From contig NC_042997.1 of the NCBI RefSeq assembly GCF_006345805.1, forward strand, positions 211,482,001 through 211,546,000: a stretch of DNA of 64,000 nucleotides, read 5' to 3'. Positions 35,549-48,439 of the stretch are shown one piece after another. The stretch comes from Octopus sinensis. Its lineage: Eukaryota. The translations under genes and the position numbers were made by a program. Position 1 is the stretch's first letter; each line of letters begins with the position of its first letter. The notes beneath the pieces were generated by a model. The model worked only from the letters and a program-made list of their open reading frames with translations. It was not told the origin of the DNA and did no database searches.

Positions 35549-38500
35549 AGTAGTTTTATTTTTATAGCGTGCTTTCACTTCACTACCGAGCGCAGCTCTG
35601 TGTGCCTTGGGTATGTGCTGTGATTTGTTGTGATGCTCTGATGGTTACTGTATTGAAAGTGTTCTGCGTAGGATGTGTGCAGTGCCTAGTAGTGCAATTT
35701 TCTGTATGTTATATGTGTTTGTAAGTCCTGGTGTTTTTGTTATGTATTTGTCTGAATATTTTTTTATCATGCCTGATGCACCTACTATGATAGGAATTGT
35801 TTCTGTTTTTAGATACCACATTCTGGTTACCTCTATTTCCAGGTCTTTGTATTTTGAGAGTTTCTCCATTTCTTTTAGAGACACGTTGTCATCTGCCGGT
35901 ATTGATACATCAATTAGAAAGCATTTTTTTTCTTCATGATCTCTGACAACTATATCTGGTATGTTGGCCTTAATTTCTCTATCTGTGTGTATCAGCATAT
36001 CCCAGAGTATGGTTGCTTTCTCGTTTTCTGTGACCTTTTCTGGTGTGTACCTATACCGTCTTTTTTCTGTTGTTATTCCATAATGTTGGCATAGTTTCCA
36101 GTGTATGTAGGTTCCAACTCTGTCGTGTCTGTGAATATATTCCTTCTCAGCCAGGACTGGGCAGCCAGAGATAATATGATTTATTGTTTCTTGTCCATCT
36201 CCACATATTCTGCAGTTACTTGTAATATTTCTTTTCATTACATGTTTTTGGTGATTTCTGATGAGGAGGCTTTGGTCTTGTGCTGCAATCAAAAATCCCT
36301 CTATCTCTGCTTTTAGTCCTGAGCTTCTCAACCATTGCTGGGATTTTTCTCTGTCTATTTCTTTTGCATTTAGTTTAGTCCAGTATTTGCCATGAAGAGG
36401 CTTTTCTTGCCATCATTTTATCATGGTCCGTTGCTGTTCTAGTTTTAATTTGGATTTCATTTGTTTTATAGCTTTTGTTGTTTCTTCTTCTTCATAGTTG
36501 TTAGGTGGTATGACTTCTTTTTTTGTATTTGTCAACTTCCTTAAATACTGAGAACAATTTTTTGTTTTGTTTGTGTTTTGTGGCTATTTGTATTAGTTTT
36601 CTTTGCTTCTGAAGTAGGTATTTTTGCAGTCCTATGGTGGTTTTTTTATAGTAGTTTTCCAGCTTTATAAGGCCTCTACCACTTTCTATATGTTGTATAT
36701 ATAGCCTTTCTATGTCAGATTTTGGGTGATGCATCCCAGATCCTGTCATTATTTTTCTTGTTTTCCTATCTATTTTGGTTAGTTCATTTAGTGTCCAGTT
36801 AAGATATTGTAGCTGTAACTTATAACTGGGACGGCTAAAGTATTAATACTTGTTATCTTGTTTTTAGCATTGAGCTCTGTTTTTAGTATTGATCTAACTC
36901 GTCTATAGTATTCTTTCTTTATCTTCTCTTTCATTTGTGTGTGTTGTGTCTCATCTAGTTCATAGATTCCTAAATATTTGTAAGTTTGGCTTTGGTCTAA
37001 TTCTCTTATTTCATTGGCATTATCTAGTGTGATGTTGCTACTCTTAACTAGTTTTCCTCTTTTCAGGGTTACTTTGTCGCATTTTTCTAATCCAAATTTC
37101 ATATCTATTTCTTTGGTAAATCCATGAACTGTCTTTAGTAGTGTTTCCAGCTGTTTGTCATTTGCAGCATATAGTTTTAGGTCATCCATATATAAAAGGT
37201 GGCTGATCGTTTTGCCGTAACATTTATATCCGCATCCAGTTCTATTTAGCATATCAGATAGAGGTGACAGTGCCAAGCAGAAAAGGAGTGGGGAGAGCGT
37301 GTCTCCCTGGAATATTCCTCTTCGAATAGGGATGGCTTTGGTTTTCACAAGTCCCTCTTGTGTTTGGAGCTGTAGCATTGTTTGCCATTTATTCATAGAG
37401 TGTCTTATGTATTTTATAATTGTTGGTGCAACTTTGTTCATGGCAAGTGTTTCGAGGATCCATGTGTGGGGGATGCTATCAAACGCCTTCTGTAGTCGAT
37501 CCAGGCCATACTGAGGCCTTTCTTCTTTCTGTGGCTGTCTTCAGTTATGGCTTTATTGATCATTAGTTGATCTTTACAGCTATGTGAGCCTTTGCGGCAT
37601 CCTTTCTGCTCTTCTGGAAACAGGTTGTTTTCGTCCAGGTGCTTGTTTAATCTCTATGATATTACTGCAGTGAATGCTTTGTACATTGTACGGAGACAGG
37701 TTATAGGTCTGTAGTTTTCTGGTTTTGCTGTCTCATTGGATTTGGGAATTAAGATGGTTTTTCCCTTCGTGAGTCATTCAGGCATTGTCTCTGACTCTGC
37801 CAGTATGTTGTTAAAGTTTTCAGCCAGCTTTTTGTGTATTCCTATCAAATATTTCAACCAGAAGTTGAGGATCTTGTCATGCCCAGGTGCCTTCCAGTTG
37901 CTTAGTCTTTGCAGTGCCTGGGTAACCTCTTCAGTTGTTATGGGGGTCCAAAGTTGCTCAGGTGCTAAGTTTGTTGTTTTAATTCTCCTTTTTTTTTTGG
38001 TTGTTCTTTCGCCAACCATATTTCTTTCCAAAATTCTTCCACTTCTTCTGCTGTTGGTGCTGCAGTGATTTCTATTTTATTTTTGCCAAGTTCTTGGTAG
38101 AATTTTTGGGGGTTGGAGTTGAACTGTTTGTTTTGTTCAAAGAAATGTTGGTGTTTCTCATACCAGCGGATCCTTTGTGCTTTGGCAAGGATATCTTGCT
38201 TTAGCTTTTCTTTTATCTCAGGTAAATCTTTTTCTGTGATGTTGTATTTGCACAGTATTTTTGTTTTCTTTTTATTGCTCAGTAGCGTTGATTGTCTACT
38301 AATTTCGTTAAGAATCGACAGATCTTTTCTCATTTTTTGTATTTTTGGGGGGGATATTATTTATCCACAGGGTTTGTTTGGGTGGTGGTACTCCTGTTTG
38401 GATGGGTTTGAGTGAGTATCCAGATTCTTTTGTGGCTGCAGTGGCTGCTGCCTATATTATGTCATTTAGCTCAGTGATATTGCCATTTGTTTCTGTGGCT

Positions 38501-39542
38501 ATTAGTTCCGTGACAGCCAGGTTTATGCTATTTATTATCAATGTTGTTTTTTGGTCTATTTTGATTTTTGGGAGGTATGTGTTTTTCAGTTCTTTGATTA
38601 TTCTATTTTTTATGGTATCATAATCATTAGGCTCCCCTTCATTGTTTCCAGGTTTTAGATTTGTGTCGCTTTTTTTCTCATTCGTATGTTTGTCTGTTGT
38701 GTTTTGGTTTGCTGCTTTTCTTACATTATTATTCATCCTTACAGTCTGGGTTTGTTGTTTTTTGTTTACTTCGTTTTTGTTGGAAATGTTACGTCTGTCT
38801 TCGTGTTTTACTATCTCAGTGTTTATATTATTTGGTATTGTTGTCTGTTTACTATCTACATTTTCCTGATGTATTTTTTCTTATAAATGTTCTATTTCTA
38901 TTTCTGATATTTTTTTGCATTGAGAATATATCTTCGTATGTTAGCTAGTTTATTAGGGTTCATTGCTGTATCCAAGTCTTTGTTTAGGTTATTTTTCTTC
39001 CATATTTTATATGTATATGTTGTTGTGTTTTTGTGCTTTGGGTAGAGCACTGCTGTAAAGTAAGCATGTAGGATTGAAATGTATTCCTCACGTGTATATT
39101 TATGGTCATCATTTTCGTAGGGTACCGGTCCGTTCATTTCTATTGTCAAATTGTTTTGCCTGTGTAGTTTTTCGTACTTTTTGTGTAACAAGTTTAAAGT
39201 ACGCACTTCCCGATTGTTATTCTTGGGTTGAATAATACCATTATTATTTAATTTATTTGTAATTTTTTTGTACATGGTGTCTGGGGCCAGAGATGATCTG
39301 TTGTTGATGGATCGTGATGTATCAAGCATGTTTACATGGTTGGAGATGATATCAAGTTAAAATACATAATTTCGTTTGGAAAATAGCAATATATTTCAAT
39401 GAGTATTATTTACTTGGATATAGTCCAATCCTTTGTCAGTTAGTTTTTGGCTCCATGCAATGTCTTTATTTCCGATGTTTGTGGATAGATTTCGGAGCAC
39501 TGTTTTATCGCTCTCACATGTTAAACGTCCCCCGGTGTTCTC
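35549..39542 (-). mobile_element. Near full-length R4/Dong-clade non-LTR retrotransposon (RT + restriction-like endonuclease), frameshifted, inserted in (TAA)n
   Basis: RT motifs RRGIFQGDTLSPLLF and HLLYMDDLKL, CCHC motif CRICGDGQETINHIISGC, RHDRV, PDIVVRD..IDVSIP, EKLSKY. Flanked on both sides by (ATT)n. Confidence 0.92.
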
Positions 39543-39575
39543 TTATTATTATTATTATTATTACTATAATTATTA

Positions 39576-39621
<46 letters not shown>

Positions 39622-39898
39622 AAGGATTGAGGTAACTCCTCCTGAAGATAGAGGGTCAAAATTAAAAGATGAATGCCATTGTTATCTAGTGAACGATATT
39701 TCAACATCTTGTGTGTCTTCAACAGGTTCAAAAAATAATTTTGTCAATCTGCTTCATTTTGGTTAAGATAGAGAGTCAAAATAATTAAAAGAAGACACTC
39801 TTTTAATTTTGACTCTATTATTATTATTATTAATTTTATTATTTTTATTATTATTATTATTAATTTTATTATTATTATTATTAATTTTATTATTATCA

Positions 39899-39941
<43 letters not shown>

Positions 39942-39964
39942 CATTATTATATTATTATTATTAT

Positions 39965-40437
39965 TGAGTGAGAGAGCAGTTCATGCCATCAAAGTGACAC
40001 TGGGGTAAAATATACGAAGCCCAATATACCCATCATGACTACCCGTCTGATAAAGGTACACCAGGCACATGCATCACAACCATATGTGCGCGACATGGTG
40101 ATCTCATATCAAGATAAACAGCACATGACCTTGCAGGTGGGGCCCAATTAGAATTTTCTTCAGGTTGAGTAGCCCATCCCACTCAAAAGGTCCCTGAGTA
40201 AGGGTTGTTTAAGGATGTTGAAAGAACCACCCATGTTTCCAGAGGTGAATTATTCAAACCCCAAAGAATCCTTCTCAACACATGGCTATGATGCTCCCCC
40301 ACTACTTCTGCTCGTGATCAGAGATGCACATATCGTCAGCCACTAAGGGACATGCTCAACTGGTTAAGGTCAAACAACTGACAAGCAAATCTGTGGTATT
40401 GAGCAGAATATTTGCTGTAGCCCATCTTTTATACCAT
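39965..40437 (-). repeat. Unclassified ~480 bp non-autonomous retroposon between (ATT)n tracts
   Basis: Uninterrupted counterpart of 5885-6645. Confidence 0.7.
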
Positions 40438-40456
40438 ATTATTATTATTATTATTA

Positions 40457-40512
<56 letters not shown>

Positions 40513-40784
40513 TAGTTTTATTTTTATAGCGTGCTTTCACTTCACTACCGAGCACAGCTCTGTGTGCCTTGGGTATTATTATTATTATTATTATCATTAT
40601 TATTATCATCATTTTTATTATTATTCATTCAAGATAGCAGAATCGTTATTATGCCATCCCGTTTGCGAGTCATTCAGGCCTTGTCTCTGGCTCTGCTAAT
40701 ATGTCATTAAATTTCTCAGCCAACATTTTATGTGTTCCTGTTAGGTATTTTAACCAGAAGTTGGGGATTTTGTTGTGCCTGGAT

Positions 40785-41413
40785 ACCTTCCACTGCTCTA
40801 GGGACCAGTTCCATAGGATTTTACTCCACTTTAAATGCTTTGCAATGTTTGTTTTTGAAAGTAGTGGTTTTCTGATTGCAGCCCTCATGTGAAATCCGGC
40901 TTTGTACAGCTCCCTGCAAACAGTTTTTGTGGAAACCGGGTTCTGGAGGTGGTCATTAAGCTCTGCAGTAATTCGGAGAGCTGTACTTCTGTGATCCTTT
41001 CTAATAATTCGCATAAGAGTGCAACAGTCCCTATCTGAAAGTTTTGGTTTTCTTCCGGAGCTTTGTTTTGATGAGGAGGTTTTTCCCTCTTTCTCAAAGG
41101 CTGTCATTACTTTCGAGACAGTACTTATTGACACACCAAATATTTTGGCTGTTTTCATTATGCTAGTGCCTGCCATACAAGCACCAACAATTTGACCACT
41201 TTGTAAGTTCGATAGATCTGTCATTTTAATGAATTTTAATTCCCTTTTCTAATGATATCTGAAAAGAAACAGCAATTTTAGCAAAACATATTAAGTAACA
41301 CTAATAATAAATATAAAAAACATAAAAATAAACAAGCTTTTAATAGTTTTATAGATATTTCAAAATTTTGATGCTATGATACTAGGTGTTTCCATTACTT
41401 TGTCCAACCCCTG
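40785..41413 (-). mobile_element. Tc1-like transposon 5' half (one TIR plus the DNA-binding domain), truncated
   Basis: TA|CAGGGGTTGGACAAAG terminus at 41413. ORF from 41224 reads GQIVG...AKIFGVS.STVSK...SGRKPKLS.RD...ARKPLLS...WSLEQWK. The DDE domain is missing. Confidence 0.85.
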
Positions 41414-41419
41414 TATATG

Positions 41420-41930
41420 TCTCTCATTGAGCAAGCTATCACTGTTCCTTTCCAGTGGTTTATTAGAGATCTCACCTCTGTTTTCTGCTATGAAATTACT
41501 TTTATCAGTAAGAACTGTATTTTCATCATTTCCTCGGCTGCTATTTTCCAACACCCATCTTTTGAGAGCTTCGAGCTCTACTGTGAACCAACAATTTTTT
41601 TTTATTACTCTAGCTTAATCACATAGTCTCAGTTCCGTGAGTTGAAACAATCCTCTTTTTCTCCATTGATCATACATACGTTGTCGGTATCCCCTAAGAT
41701 GAACACCATTTTCGTCTATGGCGTTGTTCAGGTAGTAAAACTCTTTAACCATAACATTGACATGTTTGTTCCATCTACGCCATGTGTGCTGGTCCTTTCC
41801 TAGGTAACAACAGGCTGGAGTCGGACCAGAATCTCTGAGCCTGCCGGGTGTAACACTGTCACCATCAAGGGCTTCAGTTTCTTTCCCACCGTTATTCCCA
41901 ATATTTTTTTTTTTGTTGTCACTCATCTGA
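41420..41930 (-). mobile_element. RLE-type LINE N-terminal fragment
   Basis: WNKHVNVMVKEFYY...GYRQRMYDQWRKRGLFQLTELRLCD resembles the R4-like N-terminal region also seen near 14100-14190. Confidence 0.55.
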
Positions 41931-43174
41931 GGTGGCCATTATCAGGTTACGCAATTACCAGTGTTTTTATTGTGACACCATCACTAGATGCATCATCAAT
42001 CAGAGCATAGGAGATTCCAACCACTCCCTTTTGTTATTATTATTATCACCACTGATATTATTATTTTCATGTTTTTTTTTACTAATATTTGTCATTGTTA
42101 ATATTTCCTCTGACCCAACTTCAGTTTTGGCTAAATTATTATTATTATTATCATTATTACCATCATTATTATTAATTCTATTTATTATTAAAAGGTATTA
42201 TTGAATGCTTTTTAGTTTCAACTTTTGTCTTGTACTTGAGATGATCATAAATATGTGAGTGTTTAAGGGAATAGTAGGAGCAAAAGAGACAGCTTGGTGA
42301 AGAGATTAAATTCTACAAGTCTGTAAATACATTCGGCAGATGGTGAAGAGATTAGCAATGGGCATTCCTGTGTCATAAAGAGACAAAAGCAGCCTCACAC
42401 CTTTGGGGGCTGCAGAGGTCAAATGTGTTTACTACTACTATCGATCAATGAGAGCGCTGACCTTGGCCTTGAAAAGAACCAATTCACCTTGTTTTATTTC
42501 TAAGTAATTATATATATATAGATATAGATATAGATATAGATATAGATATAGATATACTGCTGTTCACCTCCTTGAATTTCTGAATTTTTATTTTTTTATT
42601 TTTATTTTTGTTTTATAAGTTTTGCTGTGGTTTACAGTTTTTGTAATTGTGCAGTTTGTATATATTGGCAGGTGCTTACCTTCTTGATTTTTTTGTTTTT
42701 TATCATGCATTTAATTGTGTTGTTACAGTGAAATGTATATTTACATATTTGGGTGGTCAGGGAAAAATGAAAGATCAAATTTTCACATAAAATTGCAGAT
42801 ATTAAAGTTTCTAAATTTTTTAGAGATATTTGTCCGTAGGTCTGAACAGAGAAAACTGTAACGTTCTTAGAATAAAGAGGATGTTTACATTTTCGAATAC
42901 TCAGGAAGAAAGGAAAAGATAGGTATTCACAGAAGTTGTAGATATTAAAGATTTTAAAGCTGATCATTTGTGCCTTGGAAGACTTTAGATATGTAAGTTT
43001 CTCATTTTGAGGGAAATTTAAAATACTCATAGGAATCTGTGGATATTCCAGTCTTTAAGAGTTATTTTTCAGTTGTCCATCTGACTTGTATTAGTGTAAT
43101 TCTGTGTCTTCAGTTGCTGACTGGTCAGAGAAGCAAGAACATGTCCAACCACTGTCAATGCTGGCACTCTTCAA

Positions 43175-43219
<45 letters not shown>

Positions 43220-43274
43220 CATTATTATTATTATTATCATTATTATTATCATTATTATTATCATTATCATTATT

Positions 43275-43315
<41 letters not shown>

Positions 43316-43319
43316 TATT

Positions 43320-43530
43320 CAGTAGTTTTATTTTCATAGCGTGCTTTGACTTCACTACCGAGCGCAGCTCTGTGTGCCTTGGGTATGTGCTGTGATTTGT
43401 TGTGATGCTCTGATGGTTATTGTATGGAAAGTGTTCTGCGTAGGATGTGTGCAGTGCCTAGTAGTGCAATTTTCTGTATGTTATATGTGTTTGTAAGTCC
43501 TGGTGTTTTTGTTATGTATTTGTCTGAATA

Positions 43531-43535
<5 letters not shown>
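43320..43535 (-). mobile_element. R4/Dong LINE 3' end (5'-truncated) within (ATT)n
   Basis: Near-identical to 35549-35762. Confidence 0.85.
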
Positions 43536-43576
<41 letters not shown>

Positions 43577-43613
43577 CATTATTATTATTATCATTATTAT
43601 TATCATTATCATT

Positions 43614-43659
<46 letters not shown>

Positions 43660-43667
<8 letters not shown>

Positions 43668-44700
43668 GATTCTCATCAATGCTCAGAGTTTCCCCGAGAA
43701 CATCATCACACTTCCCTGATATTAATCCTCTGTAGATTTCTAAAGCAGAACATCCACTGACCCCCATTACCCAACTGGTAGAAGGCTGTGAGCTCCTGAA
43801 GACATTCTAAGTGCCTGGTGCCCAGTCTCGGTTTTTTCTTCACCCATGACTGCAGCTCCATCAGGGAGAAGAGCTGTGGGTAATTTCCAGATGTCCTTGC
43901 CTTGGCAGTGCTATGGGGGAATGCTGGTTCGAGACAAGCTCTACAGGCATGGATGTGCTGTCAGACGGGCTTGTCCGAGGTGCATGCAGAGTGACGAAAC
44001 CATTTTGCATGCTCTTGTTTAGTGTCCAGGCATTGCTGACTTGTGGAGTTATGTTGAACAGCTGCTGTAACATGTGGGACGGATCCATCTGTCAGCCGAG
44101 TCTGTAGTGATGATTGCACTACCGTCCTCCTTCAATCAAGCAGGCAAGGCAGTTTTCCTTTGCCTGGTGGCTATGGCAAAAGAGGTTGTTTGGTGGACAA
44201 GGCTGAAAGGCCTGAGGACAGATCCATTCCTCTTTGGCAGAGCTCTCATTGACTTCCTCAAGTTTCACTTGAAAAGGAAATTGAGAGTGAAGAGAGAAGG
44301 GCTGTCCTCGAGTGAGTTTATTGAAAGGTGGGTGAAAGTTGCAAAAATTGCAACAGTGGATGGTACCTCTCTAAGTGTAGACCTGCGAGTCGGAGAGAAG
44401 GAATTGGAGAAGGGATTTGCTCATAGGGATTCAGGGAAATGTCAGGCAGTGGAGTTCCTCAATTATTCCTAGAGGCATTCCTGTATCAGGTGGGCCACAT
44501 CTTTTATCATCCTCCCTCCCACATTTTGTTTGTACCTCTGTATGCTATGCATGTGTGTCCTCTTTCCCAGTGTATACCGTGTAAACCTCTTTCTTTTTAT
44601 TCATTTACCATTTCATTATTACATGTAAACCCCCCACACTTTATGTCTGTCTTTGTATTGTCTCCCTCAACTTTTGCCCTTGTGGGAAAATAAATGAAAT
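43660..44700 (+). mobile_element. L1/Tx1-like LINE 3' fragment with AATAAA and (ATC/ATT)n tail
   Basis: ORFs 43913-44107 and 44074-44472 are near-identical to 8735-9483. Confidence 0.75.
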
Positions 44701-44755
44701 CATCAACATCATCATCATCATTATTATGTTCTATCTTTCCTTTCTTTTATATAAG

Positions 44756-44803
44756 GTGTGCACAGGCTTTGGAGAAAATTCTGGCCTTTTGAAAAGAACA
44801 AAG
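44756..44803 (+). CDS. Candidate 48-nt linker exon of the Macro-PARP gene (VHRLWRKFWPFEKNK)
   Basis: Strong pyrimidine tract CTATCTTTCCTTTCTTTTATATAAG and AAG|GTAAGG donor. Phase 1 to 1, stop-free in the required frame. No domain homology to confirm it. Confidence 0.55.
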
Positions 44804-44838
44804 GTAAGGTACCATGCAACTGTAAAACTGATATTATA

Positions 44839-44871
<33 letters not shown>

Positions 44872-44934
44872 CTTCGTAATACAGTGTAGGTAAAAATGCA
44901 CTGGAGTCTTTAGTCATCTGTCAAGTCACAACAA

Positions 44935-45370
44935 GGACCTCAGACGGATAATACTTTCCTTAAGATGTGCGCTGTGCCCAAATAGGCTGCTTTTTGTAAG
45001 ATATCAATCTTGCAAGGGATTTCCAGTTGCCTTAAGAAGTTTTGAAGTTTCAATGGGATTGAACCCAGCATTCTGATCACCACTGGTATCACTTTAACAT
45101 TACCCTCATGCATTCCATACAGTCTTGCCATTTCCACTTTCAATTCAGAGTACTTGGGGATATTTCCAGCCTCTTTACTCACAACATTCATGTCATTTGG
45201 TATGGTTACATCAATGATCTGACAGTATTCGTCTCACTTTCTCAATATGACAAAATCCGGCTGACGGTGTTCAATTACACGATCCGTCTGAAAATCATAG
45301 TCCCAGAGTATCATTACTTTTCCATCATCCTGTATAACTTTCTTGGTACATGCTCATACCAGTTCTCTCT
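44935..45370 (-). mobile_element. RLE-type LINE C-terminal fragment
   Basis: IPKYSELKVEMARL...KVIPVVI..LGSIP...LQKAAYLGTAHILRKVL. Confidence 0.75.
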
Positions 45371-45389
45371 TACTTCATATTCATATTTA

Positions 45390-48300
45390 CTGGGCCTCGA
45401 AACTGGTTTTATAAAACCGGTTTTATATTATGATCAGTAAAACCGAAACGGATTTGCCAAAACCAATTTTAATGCTTGCTGTTTCTGGGTTTTTTTTCGC
45501 AAAACATTTCTCCATTTTTTTGTTTTGAAGAAATATCGTTGAAACTGAACTAACTGAACTGTTGTCAGTCACCTTTAGCTGAGAGTGCTGTCTGATTCAT
45601 TGAAACATATCGCAACATATCAATTCTCACCTTCTCTCCCCTTGAACCTTAGATCAGCACCTTGTCATTTTCTTCGCTAACCCCTGGCCGACTCTTTGAA
45701 TTTGGAGGTGTAAGAATTAGCACTTCCTTCTCAAAGCTTGGATTCGAAATCAGACCCAAGAATCATTGGTCGTAAAATACCAATGCACAAAAAGGCGCGA
45801 AATCAGAATCTCTTTGTTCTGACAAAAAATGATGGATCGTCTCCCTTCGACCTCTGACCCGAGCAGGTCAGGCGAAGTTTAACAGGACGACCAGCGACCT
45901 ACTGTACGCAATAACACTCTTGCGGTATATCTATTTTTCTGGCTATTTGAGATGTTATAAATAGAACGGAGAAATAGGTATCTAGAGAGAACCCGAACCA
46001 ACGTTTAAGAGAACGACACGCATTTATGAGGACGACGAAAGAATAATCAGAAAGGTGACTCTGTCATGCATGATTTACACACACGCACACACACGCACCA
46101 TCAAACATATTCTGCTTTAATGTGTATCCTGTATTATGCATTCCTTTAATATGTATTATTTGCAACCACTATTTAATATGCATTTTGTACAAGCGATGTG
46201 TAACATTGCTTACAAATTGATGTAGTGATAATAAATCTTTAATTTATTACAAAGCACTTATGTATTTATTAATACATCCACGCATCCACTACAGAGGTAA
46301 CAGGGTTTATTCAAAGCAAGTCAAGGGGATGTTGTTAGTCTTCAGTCAGGTGATCTTACCTGTTGAGCATATGTAATAACCAGTTCCAGATTCATTTCAA
46401 GGAAGTAACACTAACTAGAATTTTTATTAATTATTTTCATTAGCCCTAGCATGATAAAAAGAAAATCAACTGTTTGGAATGTTTTCGATAGGAAAAACAA
46501 AGATGAAGCTCAATGCAATAAGTGTGATAAGATCATGAAGTCTTCTGGAGGCTCTACTACGTCTCTGATCTTGCACTTGAAGAAAATTCATCAAATCGAC
46601 ATAAATCAAGATGCAAACCCGCCTCCTGTGAAAATGACAACAACAATGGAACACTTTGTAACAAAGAAATCAATGGAAGAAGAGGTTTCAAAGTCAGCTG
46701 CTATGGATGGATTCTCTTTCAATTCAATCACCAAAAGCGATTTTATTCAGAGAAATCTTCATAGTCAGAGAGGCAAATATGATAAATTACAACCAGCATC
46801 TGCAAACGGAGTCAGGAATATGGTAATGAATTATTACATAATCAAGAAAGAAGAACTTATTCATTATTTCTAAAAAGAAGCAGCATTACTCACTGACATT
46901 GGATGAATACACATCAATTCAAAATAAACGATATATGAACATAAATGTTCATGGGAAAGACAATCATTGGTCGTTGGGTCTCATTGAGATCCATGGCTCA
47001 GGAGAACAGAGTAATTTGTGAGAGGACATCTTCATGAATTTGGATTGGATTTTGATATACACATTGTTGGCTGTACAACGGATGGTGCTTCTATGATGGT
47101 GAAATTCAGAAAAGAAATAAGACCTGATCACCAACAATGTCTCACACATTGCATACATCCGTCTGTGATTGACATTCTCTATCAAAAAAATATTGAAAAT
47201 ATTGCCTCAACTGATGAGACCGATATAAAAAGTGAAGAGATCGCTATAACAGACGATAGTGATGATGAAGCTGACATAAGCCAACAAGACACACTTTTCA
47301 AACAGATTTGGCTCACGAAAATGCTTGTTTTCCCCAGCTAAAACCTGAATTTAATAAAGTTTTAAATAAGGTAAGAAAAATTTCAAAACTTTTCCATAAA
47401 TCTCCCACAAAAAATGAAAGAGTTTGTACGAGCGAACTTTGATAACAGAGAATATAAACTTATACTGGATTGCAGAACTCAGTGGAATAGCACATTCCAT
47501 ATGATTGAGAAATTTTTTAAATTGAAAAGCTGCATTCCAAATGCTCTACGAGCAGAACTTTCCACAGATGCTGTAGCTGACGAAGAATGGAAATCTCTCA
47601 ATTTACTATATGAAATTTTGCATTCAGTAGAAATTATTTTGAAGGCTATTTGCGCTGATGATACGGGTTTACTGAAAGCGGAATATTCTTTAGAATTTTT
47701 AGTGAATAAACTTAATATTGTCAGCAATCCTTTGGCTCTAAATCTTCGTGAAAGACTTATGCATAGATATAATAAGAGAAGAAATGTCGAAACCTTGACT
47801 CTCTTGAGGTATTTACACAACCCTAGGAAATTTAAAGGTGAGTCAATTTCTGGACCTTTTCTTTTTTTAACGAAACAACATTTAAGGAAGTATGCTGAAC
47901 AAACATATAGGAGATTATTTCCTGAACATGATGCAGAGAACACAACAGAATTATACAAAGAAAATGAAATAGGAGGGAACCTAAAATTAAGTGTTATTGT
48001 TGTCCCATCTACTTACGAAGGTAATGAACTCATGCGTGAATACAGAAGTGCAATGAAGAAAATGAATGAAGACCCCCCCAAGATAGTATCAGATGGATTT
48101 GGAATCTCTAAAGAATTTGAATATTTTGAAGCAACTTCGAACAGAAGTGAAAAGCTCGAGAAACTTAGAAGAACATTGCTTACAACTAAAGCAACAAGTG
48201 CCCAGTCAGAAAGAGCTTTTTCAATTACTGGATTTTTCAACACAAAAATTAGGACAAGTTTATCAGGTAAAACACTGAATGCATTGTGTTTTTTAAAAGA

Positions 48301-48420
48301 TTATTTTCGAAGGAAAGTGAATCATCAAGCAAGTGAAGAAACTTGATTGATTCTCAAGAATAAAACGACTTGGAAAAACGTTGCATTCCTGATTAAATAA
48401 ATATAGCACCATTATTTTTT
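45390..48420 (+). mobile_element. hAT DNA transposon relic (left end CTGGGCCTCGAAACTGG with AAAACCG subterminal motifs; right TIR not found)
   Basis: The terminal motif resembles hAT CAGGG/TAGGG ends and is followed by a hAT transposase. Confidence 0.65.
46451..48346 (+). pseudogene. Frameshifted BED-finger hAT transposase
   Basis: BED finger STVWNVF...CNKCDK...GSTTSLILHLKKIH, TLDEYT, CLTHCIH, LDCRTQWNST, and hATC dimerisation motif ATSAQSERAFS...RTSLS...LCFL, split over at least 4 frames. Confidence 0.88.
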
Positions 48421-48439
48421 GTTATTGTTTGTACATAAA

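Noticed and set aside
42760-43000. Possible extra PARP exon ending in GTAAGT near 42992
   Set aside because: Stops in all tested frames, no clear acceptor, and no domain similarity.
43039-43760. Poly-Ile/Asn/Tyr/Leu ORFs in the ORF track (also 7285-7585, 39433-39944, 40324-40515, 52525-52845)
   Set aside because: Translations of (ATT)n, (TAC)n and similar microsatellites with no coding signal.
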